A stretch of 63,922 nucleotides of DNA, filler included, from Chiloscyllium plagiosum (taxonomy: Eukaryota): assembly GCF_004010195.1 (NCBI RefSeq). It is 4 parts of one record of this genome, joined end to end, with 100 filler letters (N's around TTAATTAATTAA, not from the genome) between each part and the next. Parts side by side here need not be neighbours in the genome. Positions count along the whole stretch, not along the records: positions 46,831 to 57,831 come from NC_057711.1; positions 57,932 to 63,922 come from NC_057711.1; 2 more parts are not named here. One strand, 5' to 3'. This document shows, piece after piece, positions 50,660 to 63,176 of the stretch. Both the position numbers and the translations under genes were made by a program. Every line of letters starts with the position of its first letter. Positions within the stretch are counted from its first letter, which is position 1. Below the pieces are notes generated by a model. It was not told where the DNA came from. It worked only from the letters and a program-made list of their open reading frames with translations, and did no database searches.

Positions 50660-52850
50660 TATGGTTTTCCAAGTAATCATAAATCCTGTCTCTCAGAATG
50701 CTCTGCAATAATTTGCACCCACAGATGTAAGACTCACTGGTGGCTGGTTCCCAAGATTATCCCTATTCCCTTCCTTGAACAAGGGAATCACATTTGGCAC
50801 CCTCCCATCAACTGGCACTACTCCAGAGGACAGTGAAGACACCAAGACCATCGCCAAAGGCACAGGACTCTCTTCCCTCGCTTCCCGTAGTAACTTTGGG
50901 TATATCCTGTCTGCCCTAGGGGTCTTATCTATCTTAGGTTTTTCAAATGTTTCAGCACATCCTTGTTCCTAACATCACCTGTTCTTGCATAACAGCCTGC
51001 TTCACACTGTCCGCACACGCGACAAGGTCCCTCTCAGTAGTGAATACTGAAGCAAAATATTCATTAAGGACCTTCCCTACCTCCTCCGACTCCAGGCACA
51101 ACTTCCCTCCACTATCCCTGACTGGCCATACCCTCACTCTACCCATCCTCTAGTTCCTCACGTCAGTGTAGAGTGTCTTAGGGTTTTTCTTAATCCTTCC
51201 TTCTAGTCCAGTCTTCAGTTCTGGCTAACTTGTAACCCTCTTGAACCCTGTCCAATCCTTACCTCCTCAACCTGAGGTAAGTTTCCTTCTTCCTCTTAAC
51301 TAGATGTTCCACATCCCTTGTCACCCAAAGTTCCTTCACCCTACCATCCCTTCCTCGCCTCAGTGGGATAAACCTATCCAGCGCTATCAGCAAGTTCTCC
51401 CTGAACAACCTCCACATTTCTGTCATGCATTTCGCCGAGAACATCTGTTCCCAATTTAGATGCCCCAGTTTCTATCTAATAGCATTGTAATTCCTCATTC
51501 CCCAATTAAATACTTACCCTAACTGTCTGCTCCTATCCCTCTCCATGAGTATAGTAAAGCACATTTCTGTCATGCATTTCGCCGAGAACATCTGTTCCCA
51601 ATTTAAATGCCCCAGTTTCTATCTAATAGCATTGTAATTCCTCATTCCCCAATTAAATACTTACCCATACTGTCTGCTCCTATCCCTCTCCATGAGTATA
51701 GTAAAGCTCAGGGAACTGTGATCACTAGCACCAAAATGCTCTCCCACCAAGAGATCTGACACTTGGCCTGGTTCGTTACCAAACACCAAATCCAATATGG
51801 CCTCCCTACTAATCGGCCTGTATACATGTCGAATCAGGAATCCCTCATGGACACACCTGAGAAAACTGCTCCATCCAAACTATTTGTACTAAGGAGGTTC
51901 CAATCAATGTTAGTGAAGTTAAAGTCACCCATAACAACAACCCTGCTATTTTTGCAACTTTCCAAAATCAGTCTCCCAATCTGCTCCTCTGTGTTTCTGT
52001 TGCTATTTGGGGGCCTGTAGAAAACTCCCAATAAAGTAACTGCCCCTTTCCTGTTTCTGACTTCCACCCATACTGACTCTGTAGTCAAACCCTCCTCGAT
52101 GACCTCCCTTTCTGCAACTGTGATATTATCCCTGATGAGCAATGCCACTCCCCCACCTCTTTTACCTCCCCCTCTATTCCTTTTGAAACATCTAAACCCC
52201 GGAACATCCAACAGCCATTCCTGCCCCCGTGATATCCATGTCTCCATAATGGCCACAAAATCATAATTCCAAATACTGATCCGTGCTCTAAGTTCATCAC
52301 TCTGATTCCTGACACTTCTTCTGTTAAAATAGACACACTTCAACCCATCACACTTCGTGCAACTTTGCCCTATCAACCGTCTATCCCTCCTCACAGACTC
52401 TCTGCATGCTTTATCCAGCTGTTCACTATCTATCCCATCCTCTGATCCATAGCTCCAGTTCCTACCCCCCTGCCAAACTAGTTTAAACCCTCCCGAAGAA
52501 CTCTAACAAACCTCCCACCCAGGATATTAGTGCCCCTCCAGTTCAGGTACAACCCATCTTTCCTGTACAAGTCCCACCTTCCTCAGAAGGTATTTTAATG
52601 ATCCACATATCTGAAGGCCTCCCTCCTATACCAGCTCTGCAGCCACTTGTTCATCTGCACTCGCTCTCTATTCCTCGCCTCACCAGCCCTTGGTACCAGT
52701 AGCAATCCTGAGATTACTGCTCCATCATCCTGCATTCTAGCTTCTAACCTAACTCATTATAATCACTTTTCAGGTGCTCATCCCTTTTCCTAGCTCTGTC
52801 ATTGATGCCAATGTGTACCACTATTTCTGGCTGCTCTCTCTCCCCCTTTC
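50660..52850 (-). mobile_element. CR1 LINE: end of ORF1 and ORF2 APE/linker, with a 147-bp tandem duplication (51414-51560 / 51561-51707)
   Basis: LKCVYFN.RSVRN.SDEL...DFVAIMETW; GVFYRPPNS; VMGDFNF.NIDW. Confidence 0.9.
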
Positions 52851-53419
52851 GAGAGGAAACCCGAATGAAGTCAGACGTTCAAATAGTTTCTCACAGAAAA
52901 AGAATTTGTTTGGATGAGTGAAGGGCATAAGTTGCTTTGTTAGGGTTTCAGTGTGTGGAAGTGTTCAGACAAGGACTGTTTGATTAGAAATCAAAGGAAA
53001 GGCTTCACAGCTCACAGGGAAGAAATTAATCAGAAAGTTTGAATGATTGTAAAGTAATGGTGCTGGAGTATAAATGTGGTTTTGCTTTGCTGTGTGTTTC
53101 AAACTCTTTCAGTCTGCATTCCATGCAGATACCTTGCGCTATTTAAATTTCTCTTGTAATAAATTTCTGTTTTATCATTGAAGCCAAACCTACAGACTTG
53201 TGTCTTTATGCTTCAGTGAAAGACCACCGTGTTAAATGAAAAAAATAAACAAAATATGATCTATCAAGCCAGATTTCATTCTGGGACCTGATTGAACCAG
53301 TAGTTTCAGAGACTAATGGAAAGTTAGGGGGTGGGGGTTGGAAATGGAGATTAATGGAAAATAAGATGGAATATAAAAAGTTTGAATTCTGAACAGATAA
53401 GGAAATTATACAACATGAG

Positions 53420-53725
53420 CTAGAACAGTAGAACATAGAACAATCTAGCACAGAACAGACCCTTCGGCCCTCAATGTTGTGCTGACCTGTGAACTAATCT
53501 AAGCCCATCCCCTTACACTATTCCATCATCATTCATTTGAATATCCAAGGACTATTTAAATCTCACTAACATGGCTGAGTTAACCACATTGGCAGGAAGA
53601 GCATTCCACGCCCTTACCACACTCTGAGTAAAGAACCTGCCTCTGACATCTGTCTTAAATCTGTCACCCCTCAATTTACAGCTATGTCACCTCGTACAAG
53701 CTGACGTCATCATCCTAGGGAAAAG
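53420..53725 (-). mobile_element. CR1 3' end
   Basis: (AGAACAT)n tail; [15 protein letters not shown]. Confidence 0.8.
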
Positions 53726-53729
53726 TTAG

Positions 53730-54480
53730 CCAGGGAAATGTTTAAATTAAAGGATGGAGAAAAGTTAATAACACATGGGGATGATACTAATTTCAGTGAG
53801 GGAGCTGATTTACCTAAGGACATATGCCTTAAGCCTCATTTTAATCAGGATGGAGTCAGAAGGCATTTCACCTCCTCTTGAGAAGGCTGATGGACAGATG
53901 ATGTCGCTAAAAGATACATAAACCTTAGTGTTTTGACAAATACAGCTAATTTATATACCAGTTTGTTGTAAAGATGATCTGCAGAGTTTTGTTACAGAGA
54001 CAATATTCAATGTTTATGAGCTTGTCTCTGAAGATTGCCAATTAAAATGTAGGATTACGAGGGAGAGGGAGAAACTGGATCAGATGTTTGAGGAATTTGC
54101 AAAGCAGAATGAAATGCTGTGAGACCAGTTTTGATCACTCTGCAAGAGAGAAAAAAAACATTGAGAATGAGAGGGAAATTTTCATTAAGGAAGAATTTGG
54201 AAATAGGATTCCTGTAAACCTGAACACTTATCTAGACTAGCACCAAGTATCAGAGAAGCGGGGGGGGTTATCTGGGAATCAATGAGGAAAGTGGATTAGA
54301 AACCCTGCAGGTGGGGGAGATGCTTGTTTTAGAAACTAGGCAAAAGGATGCTATAACAGTGAAGGGGAAAGGCTGGAACCTAAAGTGACAAAATGCAACA
54401 AACATGCTTTCGTTGAAGACAATTTCTGGAAATTAAATCGGAGACTGATTGAATCAGTAGCAATATCTAAGAAATCATTA
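53730..54480 (+). mobile_element. Very degraded SCAN-like gag of a Gmr1-type LTR element; probable LTR remnant upstream at about 52850-53310
   Basis: NVYELVSEDCQLKCR (cf. AYELVPEAYRQKFR), IKEEFGNRIPVNLNTYLD, decayed knuckle CNK...FWKL. Confidence 0.5.
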
Positions 54481-54846
54481 GTAAAAGGATATAGCTACTG
54501 CAATTGTATCAGTTACACAATCAAAATATTTCCTTGGAATGTGGTGAAGAAGCACAGATGGCTCAGGACAATCAGGGAAATTATTCCATAAATATTGACA
54601 AGGAGCATCAGACCACTGCAGGTTCTCAGTGGGGACATATTTCCTTATGCTTTGAATCAAGGAGATTAATCAATAAGGAGAAAGCATTAATTGGAGGCAT
54701 ACAGTTATGATCACAGCTAGTGGGCACGTGGCCTAATGATTTAAGTGTCAGACTTTGGTGTTAATTGGGAAACTAACAGATGTTTGCAGACTCAAGTCTG
54801 ACTGTGGTCATTTCAGGGTCCTCCTGGGACGCAGCAGTAACATTTT

Positions 54847-55165
54847 GGGCGGCATGGTGGCTCAGTGATTAGCACTGCTGCCTCACAGCGCCAGGGACCC
54901 AGGTTCGATTCCAGCCTCGGGCAACTGTCTGTGAGGAGTTTGCACATTTTCCCTGTGTCTGCGTGGGTTTCCACCCACAATCCAAAAAATGTGCAGGTTA
55001 GGTGAATTGGCCATGCTAAGTTGCCCATAATGTTCAGGAATGTGTAGGTTAGGGGTATTAGTCAGGGCCAGTTAAAGGATAGTAATGAAAGCAGAATGGG
55101 TCTGGGTGGGTTGGACTTGTTGGGCCGAAAGGCCTATTTCCACACTGTCGGGATTCTACAATTCT
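54847..55165 (+). mobile_element. HE1-type SINE
   Basis: A box TGGCTCAGTGA, B box GGTTCGATTCC, core. Confidence 0.85.
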
Positions 55166-55289
55166 AGTGTTATTACTGAATCATTTAGATCCCAGACTGA
55201 AATCGGACTTAATAGTTCTGGTATAACACTCATTTTGTCAAATTGGCTATAACACGATTGACGAATTGTGGATGCTGTTTGGATGACAT

Positions 55290-56642
55290 AGGTGAGGGGG
55301 TGGGACCCAGGGAGCTAGTAAGGATAGAGGTCAATCTGAGGCGGATACAGTTCAGAAAAGAAGGGACAAAACAGAGAACAAGGTAGGACTGATAAACTGC
55401 ATTTGTTTCAAAGAAAGAGGCCTAATAGGGAAGGCAGATGAGCTCAGGGCATGGTTAGGAACATGGAACTGGGATATCATAGCAATTACTGAAACATGTC
55501 TTAGGGATGGGCAGGACTGGCAGCTTAATGTTCCAGGATACAAATGCTACAGGAAGGATAGAAAGGGAGGCAAGAGAGGAGGGGGAGTGACATTTTTGAT
55601 AAGGGATAGCATTACAGCTGTGCTGAGGGAGGATATTCCCAGAAATACATCCAGGGAAGTTATTTGGGTTGGAACTGAGAAATAAGAAAGGGATGATCAC
55701 CTTATCAGGATTGTATTATAGACCCCCTAATAGTCAGAGGGAAATTGAGTAACAAACTTGTAAGGAGATCTCGATTATATATAAGAATAAGAGATTAGAT
55801 TCCCTACAGTGTGGAAACAGGCCCTTCAGCCCAACAAGTCCACAATAACCCTCCGAATAGTAACCCAGCCAGACCGATCTCCCTCTAACTAATGCACCTA
55901 ACACTATGGACAATTTAACATGGCCAATTCACCTGGCCTGCACATCTTTGTCACTGTGGGAGGAAACCCATGCAGACACAGGGAAAATGTGCAAACTCCA
56001 CACATTCAGTCACCTGAGGCTGGAATCAACCCTGGGACACTGGTGCTGTGAGGCAGCAGTGCTAACCACTGCACCACCATGCCACCCAGGGTGGTTATGG
56101 TAAGGGATTTTAACTTTCCAAACATCGACTGGGACTGCCATAGTGTTAAAAGTTTAGATGGAGAGGAATTTCTTAAGTGTGTACAAGACAATTTTCTGAT
56201 TCAGTATGTGGATATACCTACTAAAGAAGGTGCAAAAGTTGACCTATTCTTGGGAAATAAGGCAGGGCAGGTGACTGAGGTGTCAGTGGGGGAGCACTTT
56301 GGGGCCAGCGACCATAATTCTATTCGTTTTAAAATAGTGATGGAAAAGGATAGACCAGATCTAAAAGTTGATGTTCTAAATTGGAGAAAGGCCAATTTTG
56401 ACGGTATGAGGCAAGAACTTTCGAAAGCTGTTTGGAGGCAGATGTTCGCAGATAAAGGGATGACTGGAAAATGGGAAGCCTTCAGAAATGAGATAACAAG
56501 AATCCAGAGAAAATATATTCCTGTCAGGGTGAAAGGGAAGGCTGGTAACTATAGGGAATGCTGGATGACTAAAGAAATTGAGGGTTTGATTTAGAAAAAG
56601 AAGGAAGCATATGTAAGGTATAGACAGAATAGATCGAGTGAA
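55290..56642 (+). mobile_element. CR1 ORF2 APE region, split by an HE1 SINE (about 55791-56088, minus)
   Basis: NWDIIAITET; LYYRPPNS; DFNFPNIDW; SDHNSIRFKI. Confidence 0.9.
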
Positions 56643-56687
56643 NNNNNNNNNNNNNNNNNNNNNNNNNNNNNNNNNNNNNNNNNNNNN

Positions 56688-57831
56688 TTGCACAGAAAGA
56701 GAGAATGGAAAATAATCTCTTCCCATGCACATCCAGGGAAGGCAAGCCCAAAAGGAGAGATACTGGATCCACTCTAATTTCCGTTCCTGTTTTCCGTTCC
56801 AATATTTACGGATCTTATGACAAGTCCATAAGCAGTGTACAAGAGTGCCCACCTCTGTTTTACATTTGGGAGACATTGGAGATGCTCCTGCCTTAAATGT
56901 TGCCAATCGAACCGGTGCTATATGGGCCCTATGACGTATCTTCAGCCGAATGGCCTGGGCTTTGTTGCAGATGGAGATTTTTCTGGCATTTTCCCAAATG
57001 TCATTCCACATTTCTATGGAGATTTCCTGCCCCAAATCCTGATCCCATGTTTTAAGCAGATTGTCCATATCTTCTGATACTTCATCATGTAATAAATGAT
57101 CAAGAGTGCTGACCGAAGGTACCCCCATTGGCCATAACACTCTACGTTCTCTGTCTGATTTATGAAGACTATCTAATAGCGTAGTTGTCTTCTGTATGTA
57201 ATCTCGAATTTGGAAGTATCGAAAGAGGTCTCCATTAGGTAATCCAAATTTCTTTGCAACTGTTCAAAAGACATCAGGACCCCTTCCTTAAACAGGTCCC
57301 CTAAACAGGAGATACCCCTGGATCTCCAAGTTTGAATATGGCATCTGTAAACCCCGGTTGAAACCCCCATGCCCCCACTATCAGAATATAGGGGGATGTT
57401 TTATGTGAATTGCCTTCATTTTGCCACATTATATTCCAAGCTTTAATTGTATTTAGTATTATAGGGTTTTTGCAGTGAGCCATGATGATTTTCCTCTTGT
57501 CTGAAAATAAGACATTAATAAGTGGGCATTTTACTTGAGAAGCCTCGATGTCCAACCAGATTGATTGCGGGTCAGACAAGACCCAATCGGCTATGTAGCT
57601 TAACAGGGAACTTAACTGATATTTCCTAAAATCTGGAAAATCCAGTCCTCCCCTTGCCTGTGGAAGCTGTTGCTTCCTCAGCTTAATGAGGGGCTGTCTA
57701 TGATTCCAGATGAAGGAACCCAGCCAGCCATACAATTTGCGTAGTGCCAGCCTCGGCAGTATCACCGGAAGCATTCTCATAGGGTATAGGAGACGGGGCA
57801 GGACATTCATTTTAATTAGTGCTATTCTACC
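56688..57831 (-). mobile_element. L1-clade ORF2 C-terminal fragment (same family as 45024-46730)
   Basis: IKMNVLPRLLYPMRMLP...LPQARGGLDFPDFRKY; HCLWTCHKIRKYW. Confidence 0.9.
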
Positions 57832-57931
57832 NNNNNNNNNNNNNNNNNNNNNNNNNNNNNNNNNNNNNNNNNNNNTTAATTAATTAANNNNNNNNNNNNN
57901 NNNNNNNNNNNNNNNNNNNNNNNNNNNNNNN
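57832..57931. other. Artificial contig linker 44N-TTAATTAATTAA-44N
   Basis: Same structure. L1 on the left, Penelope on the right. Confidence 0.95.
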
Positions 57932-58232
57932 GGAAGCTGTTGAAGTCCACATTGGTGCCCTGGGGTTGAAGTGTTCCGAGGCGGAAGATGAGGTGTTCTT
58001 CCTCCAGGCGTCTGGTGGTGAGGGAGCGGCGGTGAAGGGGGCCCAGGACCTCCATGTCCTCGGCAGAGTGGGAGGGGGAGTTGAAATGTTGGGCCACGGG
58101 GCGGTGTGGTTGATTGGTGCGGGTGTCCCGGAGATGTTCCCTAAAGCGCTCTGCTAGGAGGCGCCCAGTCTCGCCAATGTAGAGGAGACCGAATCGGGAG
58201 CAACAGATACAATAAATGATATTAGTGGATGT
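57932..58232 (-). mobile_element. Penelope-like GIY-YIG fragment
   Basis: NIIYCICCSRFGLLYIGETGRLLAERFREHL. Confidence 0.88.
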
Positions 58233-58899
58233 ACCGCTTCTTTAACCTTTAAGTCTAAAGCCAATTCAACCGATCTAAAAATAGTAGGGAAGAACCTTTG
58301 TCCACCTTTTTCCTCCCAAAGCCAGACATCCCATTCTCCATTTTATGGGGGTGCAACTTGAATAGTAAGCTGGATTGCTGCATTAGGGATAGACCCATTT
58401 GTCTGCAGCTGATCTGCTCTGGTAAGGCAGTGAGGAAGACTTCTGGAGTAAGTTCTCCCAGCTCAATGAGTATTTATACATTTATTTTGGCACCCTTTGA
58501 CTCTTTTCATCCCCCTATTGGCTTACTCTGACTGAAAAGCCACAACCTCTTTCCTGCCCAGGCCATAATTCAAGCAGCTGATAAGGTGTCATATCCCAAA
58601 CAAGCACCAGATCTCAAACACATACTGACAGGACCCCATCTGTTTCCTGTGGACATCCTTCATATCCATTGCAGATGAGCAGGTTAAGTCAGATGAGAGC
58701 AGGAAGTCAGCCTCCAGTGATTAGAACTATTCCCTCTCCCAGACAGGCAGAGTTGAAATTCACCCTACTGTGTTTGGTTTTGATTTCAAAAGATCTTGTT
58801 TTCTAACACTTTTTATTGCGTTGCAGTAACATCATTTATGAATCCTGTTTGTTTTATGTGAATACTAACTATACTCTTCTTTCCTCCCAAACAAAACAG

Positions 58900-58933
58900 T
58901 TGGATATGTTCAAAAAATCAACTTAGATTTAGG
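58900..58933 (+). CDS. FYB1: FYB1/ADAP 34-nt exon (phase 1-2), end of C-terminal hSH3 domain: xGYVQKINLDL(G)
   Basis: Perfect TACTAAC branch point (58863-58869), pyrimidine tract, CAG acceptor and GTGAGT donor. Peptide matches recalled human FYB1 YGYVLRSYLADN in length and GYV motif, and joins in frame to 63133. Confidence 0.78.
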
Positions 58934-59432
58934 GTGAGTATTTGTTGCTCTATGCTAATACTGTGACTCCCTCTGTAAGGCTCCTGGCAGTTGGCTGTCT
59001 CTTCAAACTTTCTGTTAGCCTTTGATGATTTATTAAAGGTATTTTCCCATGGGATTTTTCTGTTTAATCTTTTGAACAAATGGAAATTGAAAGTTTATTC
59101 CCCACAGCTAAAATAAGAGCTGACCTTGACAGCTCATCTGAAGTTCTCAAAATATAAGAGCAAGAATAATCGCAAAACTTAAGGAGGAAAATACAATGTA
59201 GATAAATATTAATGGTTTAATAGTGAATGAGAAAATAGACTTAACACAAGAAAGAAAATAAAGCAGTTTGGGGTCTTGCTGTTGAACATTGAACATTTCC
59301 TGCCGATATGTAAATAGCAAACTTGCCACTTTACCTGACTCAGAAGAAGTCGTGGGATTTGTCCTGTTATTGGTTGGTAATAATGCCAAGGGCTGGTGCT
59401 GGCTCATCATTTTGGCATTTGTTGGGATGAAT

Positions 59433-59633
59433 GCAGGTCATTCTGTTATAATGCGCATTTCATCAACACAAATTTGCTGTAATGCAATTGACGAATTGTG
59501 GACGCTGGTTAAAATGTGTGTTGGCTGTAATACAATTACAGTGCCAACACTAAGTACTGTTTCTAAAGCACAATTTTTCTATAACGTGAGGTTGCACAAG
59601 AACGCAACCATCGCGTCATAGAAAAACTGACTA
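59433..59633. mobile_element. Tc1/mariner(pogo)-like MITE remnant; partial relative at about 55212-55285
   Basis: Imperfect TIRs caggtcattctgttataatgcg ... cgcgtcatagaaaaactgacta; shares gacgaattgtgga with the second copy. Confidence 0.5.
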
Positions 59634-59929
59634 TTTTTTTTAAGTCTCCTGATTACATCTCTAATGGTACATTCACATTCATTACCTGCTCCAGCTAACA
59701 GTTTCTACCATTCAATGAATTAGTCTGCCTTCCTGGAATTAAATCATTGTATTCTTTTTCTGTTCTGTTATTTATTCATTTACAATGTGGCTGTTGTTAG
59801 TTAGCTTTCTCTGACACTGTCTCTACTGTTCCCTGACTATCACATAATAGGAAGTCAAGCACTGATGTCCCCTGTAGTTTTATAGACAATTTAAATTATA
59901 TATCACAAACAGACTTGTTTGTGAGAGGG

Positions 59930-60520
59930 GAACTTGGAGGGTAACTTGCTGCTGGTGATGTTCCCATGTATCTGCTATCCTTGTCCTTCTAGATAGAAGT
60001 GGTCATGAATTTGGAAGGTTCTGCCTGAGGACCTTTGGTGAATCTTTGCAATGCATCTTGTAGATGGTACACACTAATGCTACTGAGCGTCAGTGCTGGA
60101 AGAAATGGATGCTTGTGGATGTGGTGCCAATCAAGTGGGCTGCTTTGTCCTGAATGGTGCCAAGCTTCTTGAGTGTAGTTGGGGCTGCACCCATCCAGGC
60201 AAGTGAGAAGTAGTCCATCACACTCCTGACTTGTGCCTTGTCGATGGTGAGTCTTTGGGGAGTCAGGAGGTGAGTTATTTTCCACAGAATGCCTAGCCTC
60301 TGACCTTCTCTAGTTGCCACTATATTTATATGGCCAGGCCAGTTGAATTTCTGGTCAAGGGTAACCATCAGGATGTTGATATTGGGCATTCTGTGATGGT
60401 AGTACCATTGAAAATCAAAGGGCGGTGGTTAGATTGTCTCACATTGGAGATGGTCTTGCCTGGCATTTGTGTGACATGGTTGTTACTTTGCACTTTTCGG
60501 CCAAAGCCTGGATATTGCAT
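59930..60520 (-). mobile_element. L2/CR1-group LINE RT 3' fragment (related pieces at about 3575-3870, 4680-4790, 10270-10470, 61760-62000)
   Basis: NIL.VTLDQKFNWPGHIN; KAQVRSVMDYFSLAWMGAAPTTLKKL. Confidence 0.7.
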
Positions 60521-61150
60521 TAATTACTAATCTATTAATCTCCCCCCAAGCAAACTCCATTATGACAATTTAAATGGTTTCCATATGCAACTCCTCGATT
60601 TGAGTATGAAGTGCTTTCACAAAAGAAAAGATAATGTCAGAGTAGCAAAAGAGGAATTTGAGATACTCGAAAGTACAAAATAGATAGGTACTAAATATGT
60701 TAGCATCATTAAGAGTTAAGACTTCACCCAGTCTACATAATAAAAGCAAAATACTGTGGATGCTGGAAGTCTGAAACACACATAAAGAATGCTGGGGAAA
60801 CTTAGCAGGTCTGCTAGCACCTGTGGAGAGGGAAACAGAGTTAATATTTTGCATCTGATATGATTTTTCTTTAGAACTTTAGATGGGGTACATCTTAGTT
60901 GTTGAAGGAATAGAAGCAGCAGAAGAAGGAACTGACGATAACGTTTGGGATATGGGATTGATGGCAGTTTACCAAAGGACTGCAAGTAATACAGCCCTAT
61001 TCAAATCAGTGATGGGAAAACTATTATACATTTTTGAAAGACAAAATTAATACTCACTTAAAGACGCATGGGTTAATAAAGAACAGGCAGCAGGAATTTG
61101 TTAAAGGTCAATATCTGATTAAGCCCACTGAGTTGTTTGAAGTAACAGGA

Positions 61151-61553
61151 ATAGATTAGATTACTTACAGTGTGGAAACAGGCCCTTCGGCCCAACAAAT
61201 CCACACCGACCTGCCTAAGCGCAACCCAACCAGACCTATTCCCCTACATTTACCCCTTCACCTAACACTACGGGCAATTTAACATGGCCAATCCCATCGA
61301 AGCGCAACCCACCCAGACCCATTCCCCTACATTTCACCTCTTCACCTAACACTACGGGCAATTTAACATGGCCAATTCACCTAACCTACACATTTTTGGA
61401 CTGTGGGAGGAAACCAGAGGACCCAGAGGAAACTCATGCAGACACAGGGAGAATGTGCAAACTCCACAAAGGCAGTTGCCTGAGGCGGGAATTGAACTCA
61501 GGTCTCTGGCGCTGTGAAGCAACAGTGCTAATCACTGAGCCACTGTGCTGCCC
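61151..61553 (-). mobile_element. HE1-type SINE with an internal duplication of about 80 bp
   Basis: aagcgcaaccc...ggccaat occurs twice. Confidence 0.85.
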
Positions 61554-63132
61554 ACAAATGTTGACAAAAATCAAGGACTTTCAAAACATATTTATAAAAT
61601 ATCACTTACACTTAATTTGAAAACAGAACTACCTGCTGGTAAATGAATGTTGGTAACTTGAGTATGTTATTCATTAAGGATTACTGAGTATTGGGCAGTG
61701 GTACTGCTGATCAGTAGGTACTCTGACTGGAGGGAGTAATGCCACCTTTACCATCTTGTAGAACAAGTCCAGCAGATACATGGGAGCACCACTTGCAGGT
61801 TCACACACACTATCCTAATCTAGAACTACATCATCATTCCTTCACTGTTATTGGGGCCAAAATAGTGGAACTCCCTCTCTAACAGCAATATAGGAGTCCC
61901 TACACTACAAAATTGCAAAAGTTCAACCCAGCAGCTCATCATTACTTTCTCCAAGGCAATTAAAAGTTGGCTGTGCCAACAACATCCACATTCTGTGAAA
62001 ATAAATTTTTAAATAACGCATTGGTGTGATTGAGACTGGAGTCAAATATAGGACAGAGCAGGTAAAGATTACAGATTTCCTTCCTGAGAGAATATTAACT
62101 AGCCACTTCGGTTTCTATGACAATCAAATAGTTTTATTCCTATTGTAAATGATTTTTAAACTGTATTCAAATTCTCAAACCATTATGTTGACATTTGAAT
62201 ACTCATTCTCTGGATTACTAATCCAGATGTCTTGACAACCAATACAGTAACATAACCATTATGTAGCCATACCCTTAAATAGTTGAAATGACACAATTGG
62301 CCCATTCATATATAGCCACCACTTACAAAACCTTAGCTTGTCAGTCAAACCTACATAGTCATGGTTTGAAATAAAAACTAGCCAAAAATAACCCAGTCTC
62401 CAGTTAAACAGCTACTGCTGCTTTACAACAAAGTAGTCAATGAATCATCTGAATGTATAAAACTGATGGACAGGAGAAACCAGCTGGTCTATTGAGTCTG
62501 ACCCATAAAGGCATGTTACAACTAAGCATCATGACCTTCAAGCTGTTTGCTCATCAGAAGTCATATAATCCACTGGGAAAGGCAGATAAAAGTACCCTAG
62601 GTTAATTCAGGATGAAAGAAATTCTGCAAAGTATCTTTTGGATCCATAAAGACAATTAAAAAAAGTGTTCCAAGAGACTACAGTGACCATAAGACATAAC
62701 ATCCTGCACTGCATCTACTTTTGACAGCAACAGTCAGTCACAGCCAGGAATTCAGCCAGATGAACTTTTGAGCAATACTCACAACAGTTCAGGCCAAATT
62801 CAGTTCCCTAATCCAAAACAGTTTCCTCTAATTTTCAAACATGTAAAGAAGCAGTGAGAAAAAAACAGATTGGTCACTTTGCAAATAATTGGAGGGATGG
62901 AATGGCCAAACTATCAGCATTTTCATGACAGGAACTTCATAAACAGAAACAGAAATTGCTAGAAAAACTCAGCAGGTCTAGCTGCATCTGTGGAAAGGAA
63001 GCAAAGTTAACGTTTCAGGTCCAGTGACACTTCTTTCAAATATTGAGGCAAAGAAATAATGGATACATCTTACTGATTTTAGAATTTCAATAGAAAAATT
63101 AATTTCAAATACACCTTTCTTTTTGTTTTTAG

Positions 63133-63176
63133 AAACAAAGAAGGGGATGGTGAAATCTATGATGATATTGACACAG
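63133..63176 (+). CDS. FYB1: FYB1/ADAP 44-nt exon (phase 2-1): NKEGDGEIYDDIDT
   Basis: Acceptor ctttctttttgtttttag and donor GTATGT. DGEIYDDI is identical to the recalled FYB1 C-terminal phosphotyrosine motif (DNDGEIYDDIADG). PRAM1 and FYB2 paralogues fit less well. Confidence 0.82.

Noticed and set aside
58234..58760. Non-repeat-looking stretch with short ORFs
   Set aside because: No recognisable domain, splice-flanked frame or termini; probably an old unclassified repeat.
58827..58927. Acceptor ttgcag|TAACATC would continue NUP155 as G-N-I, like the expected GNIWD exon
   Set aside because: The following residues (IYESCLFYV) do not match NUP155 and the frame stops. The region is the intron end of the FYB1 exon and lies across three linkers.
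9305..63176. In-frame NUP155-FYB1 fusion (phase-2 donor 9464 to phase-2 acceptor 63133)
   Set aside because: The exons are on separate linker-joined segments; phase compatibility is coincidental.
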